Source of the DNA: Candidatus Hermodarchaeota archaeon
GTDB lineage: Archaea > Asgardarchaeota > Lokiarchaeia > Sigyniarchaeales > SOKP01
DNA length: 64,000 nucleotides
NCBI GenBank assembly: GCA_048885525.1
Contig: JBHLLP010000011.1
Location: 29,103-93,102, forward strand
Reading direction: 5' to 3'
In this document: positions 29,672 through 39,849 of the stretch, piece by piece
Numbering within the stretch: position 1 is the stretch's first letter
How the letters are laid out: every line of letters starts with the position of its first letter
Translations under genes and position numbers: made by a program
Notes under the pieces: generated by a model
Seen by the model: only the letters and a program-made list of their open reading frames with translations
Told to the model about the DNA's origin: nothing
Databases searched by the model: none

Positions 29672-31102
29672 ATGGTTAATCCACTTAATTTACCTTTACT
29701 TAAACAATCAATTCAAGGATTCGGAAGAAATCTCACTAAAGATTGTAATAAATGTGGATCTAACCGATTTGATTCAATTATATATTATATTTTTAAAAAG
29801 AAAAACAATATTTGCTTCAATTGTCGAACGCAGGCAAAATTTTTTAAGTTTGTAATGTTTAGATGGTTATCTTTTAATAAAGCTGAATCTCAAACCCTTT
29901 ACAACATATCTGCAAATACAGAAATTCGAAAGGTTCTAAAAAATATATTTAAGGGATTTGCTTTATTTGGTTTGAGAGCCCCATTTGTAACTGGAGCACC
30001 CTTAAGTGTTGTTTGGAACTATACTAAGAAATGCAATTTAAAGTGTTCTCATTGTTTTTCAGATTCAAAGTTTAATCAGAAATCAAAAAAAGAGTTATCT
30101 ACTGATGAGGCTAAACAAGTAATTGATATTTTTGCAGTTAATGATGTTGTTACAGTGAATTTTTGTGGTGGAGAGCCATTAACTCGAGATGATTTACTAG
30201 AGGTTATGAGTTATACCCAAAAAAATGATATTTGTCCCTCTTTATCTACTAATGCTACTTTGTTAACTAAAGATATGTGTAAAAAGATATATGATGTAGG
30301 AGTTAGAAGTATTTCAATAAGTTTAGATAGTATTTCTGCATTTAAACATGATTCATTACGAAATGTTTCCGGGGCATATGATATGGCTATTAATGGAATA
30401 AATAACGCTGTTGAGTTTGGAAAATTTGATGAATTAATAATTAATACTACATTGACTGATTTCAATTATGAAGAAATCCCACAGATATATGAGTATGTAA
30501 AAGACTTAGGAATTAAACGGTATTATGTGTCCCGTATCTTACCTGTTGGTAGAGGACAGTATTATATGGAGCACGATGTCAGTAATGAAAATAAGAGAAA
30601 AATTATGAGGTTTATGGCGGAAAAATTTATAGAAAATGTTGAAAATAATTTTCCTTTAGAAGTTTTAGGAAGGGGAATGCCATACTTTAGTAGACCATGT
30701 TACGAATTAAGTGATGGAAATGTCTATCCTTTATGTGAGATATTAACTGGACATGAAACTAAGTATCAGGATTTATTTAATGGCAATACAGTAAGTTTTT
30801 TACACCGTCTTAATAAATACTTTAGTGGCTGCGCTACTGGTTTATTTTATTGCGGATTAGACTGTGATGGAAATGTAATTCCATGTGCTCCCGCGGGTAA
30901 CATAAAATTAGGAAATATTTTAGAAAAAGGTTTGGAGCATATATGGATTTATAGTCCTATTTTAAATAAAATAAGAAAACGTAATAAGGTTAAAGGTAAA
31001 TGTTCAAGTTGTTATATGGGAAAAATCTGTGGTGGATGTCGCTTAACTGCATATGGATTAACTGGGGATTGGTTAGAGAGTGATTTGAGTTGTCCTTATT
31101 GA
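29672..31102 (+). CDS. Radical SAM/SPASM protein with N-terminal Cys-bearing extension
   Basis: CNLKCSHC, GGEP, SPASM cysteines (GCATG..C, PC, CSSC...CGGC, SCP). Confidence 0.9.
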   Translation: MVNPLNLPLLKQSIQGFGRNLTKDCNKCGSNRFDSIIYYIFKKKNNICFNCRTQAKFFKFVMFRWLSFNKAESQTLYNISANTEIRKVLKNIFKGFALFGLRAPFVTGAPLSVVWNYTKKCNLKCSHCFSDSKFNQKSKKELSTDEAKQVIDIFAVNDVVTVNFCGGEPLTRDDLLEVMSYTQKNDICPSLSTNATLLTKDMCKKIYDVGVRSISISLDSISAFKHDSLRNVSGAYDMAINGINNAVEFGKFDELIINTTLTDFNYEEIPQIYEYVKDLGIKRYYVSRILPVGRGQYYMEHDVSNENKRKIMRFMAEKFIENVENNFPLEVLGRGMPYFSRPCYELSDGNVYPLCEILTGHETKYQDLFNGNTVSFLHRLNKYFSGCATGLFYCGLDCDGNVIPCAPAGNIKLGNILEKGLEHIWIYSPILNKIRKRNKVKGKCSSCYMGKICGGCRLTAYGLTGDWLESDLSCPY

Positions 31103-31171
31103 AATTGTTGAAGAATAATCTTCACTTAATAACCAATCGAAAAAGTATTTGAAACAACTAATATATATTTC

Positions 31172-31771
31172 TTAAATGAAGATTGCTCCTATTATCATAA
31201 AAAAAATTAAGAATATAATTACAATCTTCATTTTTGTTGTAAAGAACCGATTTTTGACTTGTTCCATGTACTTTCTGTATTTTTCTCCAAATACTGGAAA
31301 TAATATCTTCTTTTCTTCATACAAAGTTAGTAATGCGAAAACCAGAGCAAATAATATAATTAAAGTAATTCCTATTAGTGAACTTATCATAAAAAAAAAT
31401 GAAAGTATGATTAAGAAAAATCTAGCCGTCATTGGATGCCTCACCTTCGCGTAATAACCAGAATCAAGAAGTTTTTTCGGTTAATTTTTCGCCTCATGAG
31501 CTTGATTATTTATTTTAATTATTTCGATACATTGGTAAAAATATAAACAAAAGATGATAGCTCCTACAATTAAATGAATAAGAAAAAAGAGGGTTATACT
31601 GATAAACCCATAAAAAAGAACAAGATCGATAGATTTCCATAAAAATAATTGTTGATATTCCAATCTGCTGAGTAAGCTACTTATAATTGAGATAATCGTA
31701 GCTCCAATTGATATTATTACTAAAAAAATTTTAAATTTATCCAATAATAACTGAAAAAATTCAAATTTCAA
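31172..31771 (-). pseudogene. PEMT/ICMT-family methyltransferase interrupted by an in-frame TAA
   Basis: The two track ORFs are in one frame: ...HEAKN*PKKLLDSGYYAKVRHPM...EEKK..FGEKYRKY; stop at 31481-31483. Confidence 0.8.
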
Positions 31772-31867
31772 AAATTTTATGATATTAAGAGAAATTCGAC
31801 CTTAACCAGTTAAGTTCCTATAAAAAATAAGGAAAAATAATTAAAACTATTCTTTATGGTCTAAATT

Positions 31868-32038
31868 ATGGACAACGAGAAGAAGACTTTTACTTTAGAA
31901 AATAAAAAACTAGCTTCAATGGGACCAGATTATGTGATCATTATACCTAGAAAACTAATTCAGTATAAGGTAATTGATCCAAACAAAATGTATAACATCC
32001 ATTTTGAAGAAATTCAAGAAGATCAAATAGAAAAATAA
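31868..32038 (+). CDS. 56-aa AbrB/MazE-like swapped-hairpin protein (not in ORF track)
   Basis: MDNEKKTFTLENKKLASMGPDYVIIIPRKLIQYKVIDPNKMYNIHFEEI...; the K...MG..Y.I.IP pattern. Confidence 0.55.
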   Translation: MDNEKKTFTLENKKLASMGPDYVIIIPRKLIQYKVIDPNKMYNIHFEEIQEDQIEK

Positions 32039-32303
32039 GATTAAATTACTTCTATTTTGGAAATTTTATTTCGCTTATTTATTCTTTTTGCATTTACTAA
32101 GATTTTAGCTTAATTTATAATCGACCTCATTAGTTTCATGTTGGCCAGAAATGGAATACAATGGTTTATTACAAAAAGCTTTTATAGAATAGCTTATAGA
32201 GGAATCTATAGTGAGCGCTTAATTATTTTTAGACAAAAACTCCTAGTATAGGCAGGAGTTATTTAAAAAAAATATTTTTAGATTTAAATAAATGTTAAAT
32301 GTC

Positions 32304-32533
32304 TTATTTCAAAAATAGTTGTAATGTTTCAAGATATTCTCTAATTTTTACATCTGCACCTTCTACGGCTAGTCCTTCAGCTGTTTGCATTTTTACTTCA
32401 AGATATTCGGGGCAGATCTCCTCAACACATCCAACTTTTTCAAGAGTCTTCCCTTTAAACCCTCAGCAAGCTGTTTTGAAATTTTTTCAGAGTTTCCATG
32501 TTCAGAGTTATGGATTATCCAAATCTTTTTCAT
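32304..32533 (-). pseudogene. Internally deleted flavodoxin-like gene
   Basis: Flavodoxin N-terminus MKKIWIIHNSEHGNSEKISKQLAEGLKG joined out of frame near 32450 to a C-terminus GKTLEKVG...LEVKMQTAEGLAVEGADVKIREYL*. Confidence 0.7.
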
Positions 32534-32642
32534 AATTATAAGCTCATATTGTAATTAAAATTAATATTCATTTTATTTGTGTAATTGGGAAAGAGGAATA
32601 CAATTGGAAATTTTAATAGTCCAATATTTGCGAGTTAATAAA

Positions 32643-33785
32643 TCATCTTTTAGTTTTAGGGCCCCCCTTCGAACCCTTTAATTTTTTTGCATCGATTTTT
32701 TTTACTTCTTCAAGAAATTTTGGATCATAATCTACTGCATTTTTATAAATTCGAGAAAGGAATAATGTCATCCAAGGAGAAGGCTCCTTTTTTTGCCCAA
32801 AAGAATAATTCTTAAAATATAGATAAACGGTTTTAGGAATAAAAGTACCATTTATATTGAATTCCAATAGACTAATAGCAGCTAATTCTCGAAATGACTG
32901 AGTTTTTACCAAAGTTGGATAGTGTCTAACAGAATCTAAAATAGTTCCAATATTATACCAAAAAAATGGCGCTCTAGGTAACCGAAATTTCTTACCGTGC
33001 CCAAACATATAGGATTTTTCCTCTGCTCTGTTGCTCCAGCAATTTAATAATGTTTTTCCTGCTTGAATTAAATCATTAGGCCATTTATTTTGATTTATTA
33101 CCCAATAACCTCTTAATGCATCAGCTATAATCATGGGGCATACATCGTTTACTCTTCCGGGACCTCGACGCTTGTAATAGAGCCATGGTTCGCACTTCCA
33201 ACCTTTGCCTTGAGTAGTGTCTTTTAATAACTCATTCATTCTTTTGAGACCAAATTGAACGCGTTTATCCTTCTCTAATCCTGCTATCAAAAGAACAGAA
33301 ACTATAATATTATGATCGCATAAGGCACTGGACCACATTGGATTTTTTTTCTTTGTTTTTCGATCGTATGCTTCGATATATGCCAGAAATTGTCCATTTT
33401 CTTCATCTTGATGTGAAAGGATTTTATCGATTGCTTTTTGCATCCGTTTATCATCTTCTGGTTTTACACCCCAATCTAATAACAACCATAATTGGTTTGG
33501 GAGATAATCTGCTTTATTGTGTGCTTTTGTGAGATCTTTTTCCCAATCTGAAAGATTATCTAACAAAAAATTTACAAGTGGATCTTTTAGAACAAGATTA
33601 TGAGCTTTTACTACATCAGGATGTTCTAAGGGTAAATCAAATAGATCAGTTAACGTTCGATATACTGAGAATGATTCTCCTGATTCGATAAGGTATTTTC
33701 TTGGATCATTAGGAAGCAATTTAAGCCATTCTGCTTCTCCATGAACTTTTTCTTGAATATCACTTGAAGTAAAATCAATTTCCAT
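32643..33785 (-). CDS. Hypothetical alpha/alpha-barrel (prenyltransferase/squalene oxidase repeat-like) protein
   Basis: SVYRTLTDLFD, ILSHQDE.G.F, GWKC, FGHG..F, PFFWY, GQKKEPSPWMT. Confidence 0.6.
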   Translation of the reverse strand: MEIDFTSSDIQEKVHGEAEWLKLLPNDPRKYLIESGESFSVYRTLTDLFDLPLEHPDVVKAHNLVLKDPLVNFLLDNLSDWEKDLTKAHNKADYLPNQLWLLLDWGVKPEDDKRMQKAIDKILSHQDEENGQFLAYIEAYDRKTKKKNPMWSSALCDHNIIVSVLLIAGLEKDKRVQFGLKRMNELLKDTTQGKGWKCEPWLYYKRRGPGRVNDVCPMIIADALRGYWVINQNKWPNDLIQAGKTLLNCWSNRAEEKSYMFGHGKKFRLPRAPFFWYNIGTILDSVRHYPTLVKTQSFRELAAISLLEFNINGTFIPKTVYLYFKNYSFGQKKEPSPWMTLFLSRIYKNAVDYDPKFLEEVKKIDAKKLKGSKGGPKTKR

Positions 33786-33814
33786 AATTATATTTTTTAC
33801 GTCTTTTTGTTAAT

Positions 33815-34363
33815 TTATTTCTTTGATTCAAATAAGTTTACAGAAATATCAAGAATATCTCTACTAGATTTCCCATCTTTAATCATTTTTTCTATTTTTG
33901 ATATTACTTGATCTTTCTGTCCTTTATTAAGTGCAATCAAATTTTGAACGTTCCAATTCTGATATCTTTTAGAAAGACCTTGGAAAAATATTGGAGCAGG
34001 GGGCATTATGGGTGATTTCGGTTGTTCTGGAATTGCTTTACATATACCAGCTTCTAAATCTAAAAATTCACATTCACTACATGAGGTAATGTCTTTTTGT
34101 TTAGCACATTGATTAATCACACAATCCTTTCTTTCTTGACAACCAGGGCATGAAGGATAATCTTTTAAAAGTTCTAAAGTCTCTTTAAATCCCAGAAAAT
34201 TCTCTTTTTTAAATTCTGGGTTAAACATCAAAATTACTCCTTGGAACATCGGGTCTTCAAACATTTCAGATAAATATTTTGCTGAATCTTGCATCTTAGT
34301 GGTATTACTATCACATAAATCACAACTTACACCGCATGTAGTTAATTCATAATCCTTAGTCAT
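33815..34363 (-). CDS. DUF3795 Cys-rich protein
   Basis: CGVSCDLC, CPGC, CVINQC, CSEC. Confidence 0.75.
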   Translation of the reverse strand: MTKDYELTTCGVSCDLCDSNTTKMQDSAKYLSEMFEDPMFQGVILMFNPEFKKENFLGFKETLELLKDYPSCPGCQERKDCVINQCAKQKDITSCSECEFLDLEAGICKAIPEQPKSPIMPPAPIFFQGLSKRYQNWNVQNLIALNKGQKDQVISKIEKMIKDGKSSRDILDISVNLFESKK

Positions 34364-34523
34364 GTTGACTCACAATTTTTATACTATTTTTTAATAACTA
34401 TTAAAATTGTTAATTATTTTATTATAAATACTTCTACAATTTAAAGAATTTTGTAAGATAAGAGTAAAGAAAGCGAAATTTTAAATTAGATAATGTCCAT
34501 TTTTTTTTAATATAACCTCATAG

Positions 34524-35423
34524 ATGGGACATATAGTGGATGAGAAAGATTTTGAAATATTGAAAATTTTAGATAAGAACTGCCGTATCTCATACTCTAA
34601 AATTGCAGAAAGGTTAAAATCACCAGTAAGGAATATATCAAACAGAATTGATAACTTAATCAATGAGAATGTAATTGAGCGTTTTACAGTACAATTTAAT
34701 TATAATTCCTTAGGATTTAGACACTACATTGGTTCAGCAAGTCCACCAAAAGGGAAAACATCTTTAAATCTCTTTCAAGAACTTCAACTTATTTCTGAAA
34801 TTTATCGAATATGGGAATTAATTGATGGATCAATAACGATATCCTTTTTCTGTAGAGATGCTAAACACCTAGAGGAGGTTATCAACAACATCTTAAATAC
34901 AGGGGCTGAATTACATAGCTATACAGAAACAAGGGTTCATTTTACATTAGACATTCCTTACTCAATTAATGATTGGCAAATTATTTTCTATTTATTGAAT
35001 AATAGTAGAGCCTCTAAAAAAGAAATTGCTCAAGTATTAAATATCAGTGAAAAAACTGTTAATCGTCGAATAAATAGGATGGTAAATATGAAACTAGTCT
35101 CATTTATACCAGAAATTAATTTTGAAGCTATTTCGGGTGTTATTCCAGCAGTTATTTTTTTAGAAACCGTAGGACCTTCAAAGCAAGTCTATTTGAGGAT
35201 AAAAGAAGACCAATCAATTAAATATTGGAGAAATGCAGGAGCCGTTTCACCATCAATTGTATTGTTTGTATATGGGAAAAACTTAACAGAAATTTATAAC
35301 ATATACCAAAAACTTAAAAAAAAGAAAGATATAAAAGAAGCTAGCTTAACCTTTATTGTTAGGAATGCTGAAAATTCCACGTTAATTGAGGATGCTGTCT
35401 TAGAGAAAATCCAGAATGGATAA
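34524..35423 (+). CDS. Tandem Lrp/AsnC-type regulator (two HTH+RAM units)
   Basis: DEKDFEILKIL..NCR and NDWQII..L..NSR...ISEKTV.RR. Confidence 0.85.
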   Translation: MGHIVDEKDFEILKILDKNCRISYSKIAERLKSPVRNISNRIDNLINENVIERFTVQFNYNSLGFRHYIGSASPPKGKTSLNLFQELQLISEIYRIWELIDGSITISFFCRDAKHLEEVINNILNTGAELHSYTETRVHFTLDIPYSINDWQIIFYLLNNSRASKKEIAQVLNISEKTVNRRINRMVNMKLVSFIPEINFEAISGVIPAVIFLETVGPSKQVYLRIKEDQSIKYWRNAGAVSPSIVLFVYGKNLTEIYNIYQKLKKKKDIKEASLTFIVRNAENSTLIEDAVLEKIQNG

Positions 35424-35481
35424 TCAATTCCTATTCTAGATATGAAATGTCCTTGTCTTGTATTATATCAATTTTTAATTT

Positions 35482-36096
35482 CTATTCACTTGTACGATAT
35501 GTCTTGAAAGCAAGAACAAACGTATACTGACCATTAATTATAATAACAAATCGTTCAGCCAAGCCCATAACTGGCGAACCAGCTGCAAATACCAACCACA
35601 TTGTAAAGATTAATGCAAGAATGAAAGTTATCAATGAATAAAGGCTATAACCCTTCCAATCATCTACTCTTTTTAATCCCCGCCACATTACAATCATCCC
35701 TCCAAGAGCAATAAAACCTGTTATCATTACAATTATTAGATGCATTATCCCTGTAAATCCTGTAGGTTCACCACCATAATTTAATGGGAAAAAGATTGGT
35801 ACTATAATCCCTAAAATTTTACCACTAAGGAGTATAGCAGGTCCAGCAATAGATCCATTTAACTCTTTTATTACTATTATTAATCCAATAAAAAAGATGA
35901 TCTCAAGAATAAAACTTACTATATTCATCAAATCGAATAATAATTTATTGGGTGCTCCAAGAGCCATGAGAGAACTCACGTCATTTCGGATGTGATCATA
36001 ACCAGGTTGTATAAACCCTGCAATAATCCAAATTAGATTGAATACTATGGGGCTCAACATTCCGCAAATAGCATATATTTTTTGATTTTTTACCAT
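35482..36096 (-). CDS. DUF998 membrane protein
   Basis: PGYDHIRNDVSSLMALGAPN, FFPL, MH, GLAER. Confidence 0.85.
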   Translation of the reverse strand: MVKNQKIYAICGMLSPIVFNLIWIIAGFIQPGYDHIRNDVSSLMALGAPNKLLFDLMNIVSFILEIIFFIGLIIVIKELNGSIAGPAILLSGKILGIIVPIFFPLNYGGEPTGFTGIMHLIIVMITGFIALGGMIVMWRGLKRVDDWKGYSLYSLITFILALIFTMWLVFAAGSPVMGLAERFVIIINGQYTFVLAFKTYRTSE

Positions 36097-36098
36097 AT

Positions 36099-36584
36099 TT
36101 ATCTTCCTCCAATTTTATTATTAATAAAATATTCAATAAAGTCGTTGGAGTAATCTTTAACTAATTTAAGAGCGTTCTTTTCTAGGGTCAATCCTCCTTT
36201 TTCAAGTTTTAATTGAAGAAAAGGTGGAAAGATTGATAAAGAAAAGTTATTCTCTCGAAAAAAGTTCATCCAGAGATATTTGATATCAACGTCGGTAGAA
36301 GTTATACAATAAAATGAGATAGATTTAATAATTAACTGGTTTCTTTTACAATGTTCTGAAAATTTTACTAAAAAAGCATGTATTTCCGGACTTGGTATTT
36401 TTTCTTCTTCTATAACATCTCCAATTATAAGGTAATCTAACTTTTCTTCAACCAAAAAGTCGGGATCTAATTTATTTACATTTCCTACAGAGACATTAAC
36501 GTAGTTATTTAAGAGATCTTGGATAGTTTCAGCTATTATCCTTGAGAATCCAATTCCTTCCTTATGTATTATCCAAAGTTTAAT
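36099..36584 (-). CDS. Flavodoxin-like fold protein, probable ATT start at 36584 (track start 36455)
   Basis: The frame is open for 43 codons upstream of the track start (IKLWIIHKEGIGFSRIIAETIQDLL...VSVG), resembling the 32533 flavodoxin start; GAGTGA RBS-like site. Confidence 0.6.
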   Translation of the reverse strand: MKLWIIHKEGIGFSRIIAETIQDLLNNYVNVSVGNVNKLDPDFLVEEKLDYLIIGDVIEEEKIPSPEIHAFLVKFSEHCKRNQLIIKSISFYCITSTDVDIKYLWMNFFRENNFSLSIFPPFLQLKLEKGGLTLEKNALKLVKDYSNDFIEYFINNKIGGR

Positions 36585-36857
36585 TTTTACTCACTCGAAT
36601 TTATCAAAAATTTTTATATTAAGAATAATACAGTTTGGGGCTCTAATAAGAGCATGTTCTATAGTTGTGAAAAAAGATGCCAATAGACTTTCCAAATCAT
36701 CTAGAGTAGTTTTTCAAAATACAGAGATATTCTTTATATGTAAAAAATCGTCTAATAATGCACTTTAAATCCTTATTTTCGACACTAGAATAAAAAAAGA
36801 GAATAACAAAGTTACGATTTTTTTCGAATGTCACTGAAATTCGGCATATTTTTGTCT

Positions 36858-37790
36858 TTATTTGGATCTAAGTAATTGGTCAACCCAGCAATCGTAATAA
36901 TTTCCATATAGAATGATTCTTGGAATAACATCCTTGAATCCTTCAGTTTGTAGTTCTTCTTGAACTTTTTGGGCATCTATGGAAGTTTTTGCCCATGTGT
37001 GCATCGTTATATAGTTAGGGATATTACTAAAAGTTAAACAATACACAACATTCTGAGCATATTTCTGGTAAATATGTTGAATCGTGGAATTTACGTTTGT
37101 GCCATCATTCAAATAGAGATGAAATATCGTTATAAAATTATTTTCTGATTTTGGAGTCCATTCAATTGTAAAAAAAGCTAAGTTATATTCAATCATCCGA
37201 TCAAGACGCCTTCTAACAGTTTTTGCAGAAATTCCTATATCTTCTCCTATATCCGTTAATGCTTTCCTTGCATCTCTATTTAGTGTCTTTAGAATTTTAT
37301 AATCAATACTGGAAAGTGTTTCTGGTGTAGTTATGTATGGTATATTTATAATTCCTATTGAGGGATTGCTAATTTGAGTTGCTTTTGTTAGAAAAGAAGT
37401 AAATTCTTGAAGTTCTGATATGTTCCTAAGATAAGCACCTATATATAAGAATTTACCACTAGCAATTGTAACAAGATAAATACTTTCGTGATTTCCTAAC
37501 TCTCGGCTAACTAAATCCATCGATTTTGCACTTGATGTACCGGAAGCTAGAAGCCATAACCCTTTTAATGAAATCATTGTCGGTCTCACGATAAAAGCAT
37601 TAATAGTACCATCATCTATTAAACTTTGAATACGTTTATGAATTGTGCTTACAGACATACTCGTAATTTCCGCCAACTCTCTAAAAGTTAAACGAGAGTT
37701 TTCTAATAATTTTCTAACAATTATTAAGTCAATTTCATCCATACTTCTTACAAGAAATCTAATTGTCTTTCTTAAATATAATTTTCTCAC
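36858..37790 (-). CDS. Tandem Lrp/AsnC-type regulator (likely starts at MDEID)
   Basis: MDEIDLIIVRKLLENSR; second unit IDYKILKTLNRDARK...ISAKTVRRR. Confidence 0.88.
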   Translation of the reverse strand: MRKLYLRKTIRFLVRSMDEIDLIIVRKLLENSRLTFRELAEITSMSVSTIHKRIQSLIDDGTINAFIVRPTMISLKGLWLLASGTSSAKSMDLVSRELGNHESIYLVTIASGKFLYIGAYLRNISELQEFTSFLTKATQISNPSIGIINIPYITTPETLSSIDYKILKTLNRDARKALTDIGEDIGISAKTVRRRLDRMIEYNLAFFTIEWTPKSENNFITIFHLYLNDGTNVNSTIQHIYQKYAQNVVYCLTFSNIPNYITMHTWAKTSIDAQKVQEELQTEGFKDVIPRIILYGNYYDCWVDQLLRSK

Positions 37791-37840
37791 TATTTATTAA
37801 TATAGCAAAGTTTTAATTTTAAGCATAAAACCAGACAATT

Positions 37841-38449
37841 ATGAATTTATTTCAGATTTTAGCAATTTGCGGAATGCTTAGTCCGATCATTTATACAGCT
37901 ATGTGGATTATATGTGGACATTTAGATTCGAATTATAGTCATATTCGAGATGACATTAGTTCACTGTTTGCAGTTGGGGCGCCTAACAGACGGCTAGCCC
38001 AGTCACTTGTGGTTACAGAAAGTGTGTTATTGTTTACATTTTTCATTGGATTACATCCGGGGATAAATGATGGGGGCGGTTCAATACTTGGACCTACATT
38101 TCTTATAATAAGTTCAATCTTTGGAATACTTATCGCTCTATTTTTCCCTCTTGATGAAGGAGGTGAATTCACAACTTACAAAGGAAAAGGACATATAGCA
38201 TTTGTAGTTCTAATGGGGATATTTGCAATTGCTGGTATGTTTGCATTGTGGATTCGTTTACAGCTAGTACCTGGATGGAGCGGTTTTGCCCTCTATTCAC
38301 TAATTTCAGCTATAATCTCATTAATTGGTATAATTATCTCGAGTATATTTGCCGCAGGTAAATATAGGGGTATAATCGAGAGAATTATGGTTACTCCCTA
38401 TCAACTCTATTACTTTATTCTTGGTCTGATTGTATTTCTGAATAATTAA
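37841..38449 (+). CDS. DUF998 membrane protein
   Basis: YSHIRDDISSLFAVGAPN, FFPLD, GIIER; paralog of 35482-36096. Confidence 0.85.
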   Translation: MNLFQILAICGMLSPIIYTAMWIICGHLDSNYSHIRDDISSLFAVGAPNRRLAQSLVVTESVLLFTFFIGLHPGINDGGGSILGPTFLIISSIFGILIALFFPLDEGGEFTTYKGKGHIAFVVLMGIFAIAGMFALWIRLQLVPGWSGFALYSLISAIISLIGIIISSIFAAGKYRGIIERIMVTPYQLYYFILGLIVFLNN

Positions 38450-38523
38450 ACACTTTTACAGTCAAGTCGAGAACCAAAAATTCTTTCCTCTTTTTTTATT
38501 AAATAAGAAGTATTTTACTTTAC

Positions 38524-39717
38524 ATGATTAATCAAAATTTTGATGAATCAATACAAACTTTGTATTTTCCTCATATTAATATCTTTATTCTAGTAATCTT
38601 ATCATTTGTAATTCTAATTTCTGTTGGTCTTTTTGCAGCAATTTTATTACGAAGCCAAAAATTAACAAACAAAATTAAAATACTCCTATTATCAATTTCA
38701 TTCATTTTTGGAGGTATAATATTAGGTGGTGTTCCTAATGTTGTATTAGTAATTCAACATATTTTTACCGATATTATCTTTCCAAATCGCTTGGTTTCTT
38801 TGCTATTAAGAATTTCGATATTTTTAGTATTAACTTTAATTTTTGGCAGAATTTTTTGCGGTTATGTGTGCCCTTTAGGAGCAGTGCAAGAACTGGCATC
38901 TATGATACGTTTTAAACCAAAATTAGATTATCACAGAAAATTTTGGAAAAAGAAAAATTATTTACGCTGGGGGTTTTTTGCGGTTTATGCGATAGCTTCA
39001 ATAATTTGGGGATTAGAAATGACATTATTTATGAATCCTATTAATGGATTTCTTATTTTTTGGAGTCCATTAAATGTGGGGATATTTATGGCTTTTATTA
39101 TATTTTTATTAACCATTTTTATTAGTATCTTCATATATCGTCCCTATTGTAGATTTTTCTGCCCTTTCGGTGCCTTAGCATTTTTATTCGGTAAAGTGAG
39201 TCCCTTGAAAATCAGAAGAACCCCTTATTGTACTGAGTGTGGAATATGTGAAAAAATATGTCCTACTTTAGAAGGCTTCGATATCAGTGAGAAAGGTGAA
39301 TGTTATTATTGTTATCGTTGTATAGACTTTTGTACCAATGAGATGTTTATCGATACTGGAAAAATCGCACAAATAAATAGACTACTTACAACATATTCTT
39401 TAGATTTAGATTCGATATCAAAAGAAAAATATTTTGATAAAATTATCAAGAGCATTATTAGATTACTTATACCATATAAGCGTACTCTTGCTTTAGAACA
39501 GCTTGATGATGCTCTTAGAAGTAAAAAAGACATATCTTTAGAAGCTATTCAAAATATTGTTATAAGATTGAAAAATATTTTTCCAGAGGAGATACAGCAA
39601 TTCGACATATCAGAATATAAAAAATGGATCGAGCAAAATGAGTCTAAATGGAAAGAAAAAATTGAACCAATTCATCTTGATAAATTGTTTTATGGTTTAA
39701 AAAAAGAAACGCAATGA
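38524..39717 (+). CDS. NapH/NosR-like polyferredoxin membrane protein (4Fe-4S binding)
   Basis: GRIFCGYVCPLG, RPYCRFFCPFG, CTECGICEKICP, CYYCYRCIDFC. Confidence 0.88.
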   Translation: MINQNFDESIQTLYFPHINIFILVILSFVILISVGLFAAILLRSQKLTNKIKILLLSISFIFGGIILGGVPNVVLVIQHIFTDIIFPNRLVSLLLRISIFLVLTLIFGRIFCGYVCPLGAVQELASMIRFKPKLDYHRKFWKKKNYLRWGFFAVYAIASIIWGLEMTLFMNPINGFLIFWSPLNVGIFMAFIIFLLTIFISIFIYRPYCRFFCPFGALAFLFGKVSPLKIRRTPYCTECGICEKICPTLEGFDISEKGECYYCYRCIDFCTNEMFIDTGKIAQINRLLTTYSLDLDSISKEKYFDKIIKSIIRLLIPYKRTLALEQLDDALRSKKDISLEAIQNIVIRLKNIFPEEIQQFDISEYKKWIEQNESKWKEKIEPIHLDKLFYGLKKETQ

Positions 39718-39849
39718 TTGCTTACCTTTCTAATCTATTAGAATACTTATTTTTAAATAAGTGTTACACTATTATATGACTTAGTATGTTTTTCAATTCT
39801 ATTAAATTAGTATTGATAATTGATAAAATTATGGAAAAGGGGTTAGGGA

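Noticed and set aside
32238-32260. Hairpin AACTCCT-N9-AGGAGTT
   Set aside because: A single 7-bp stem with no second copy seen; could be chance or an ordinary terminator
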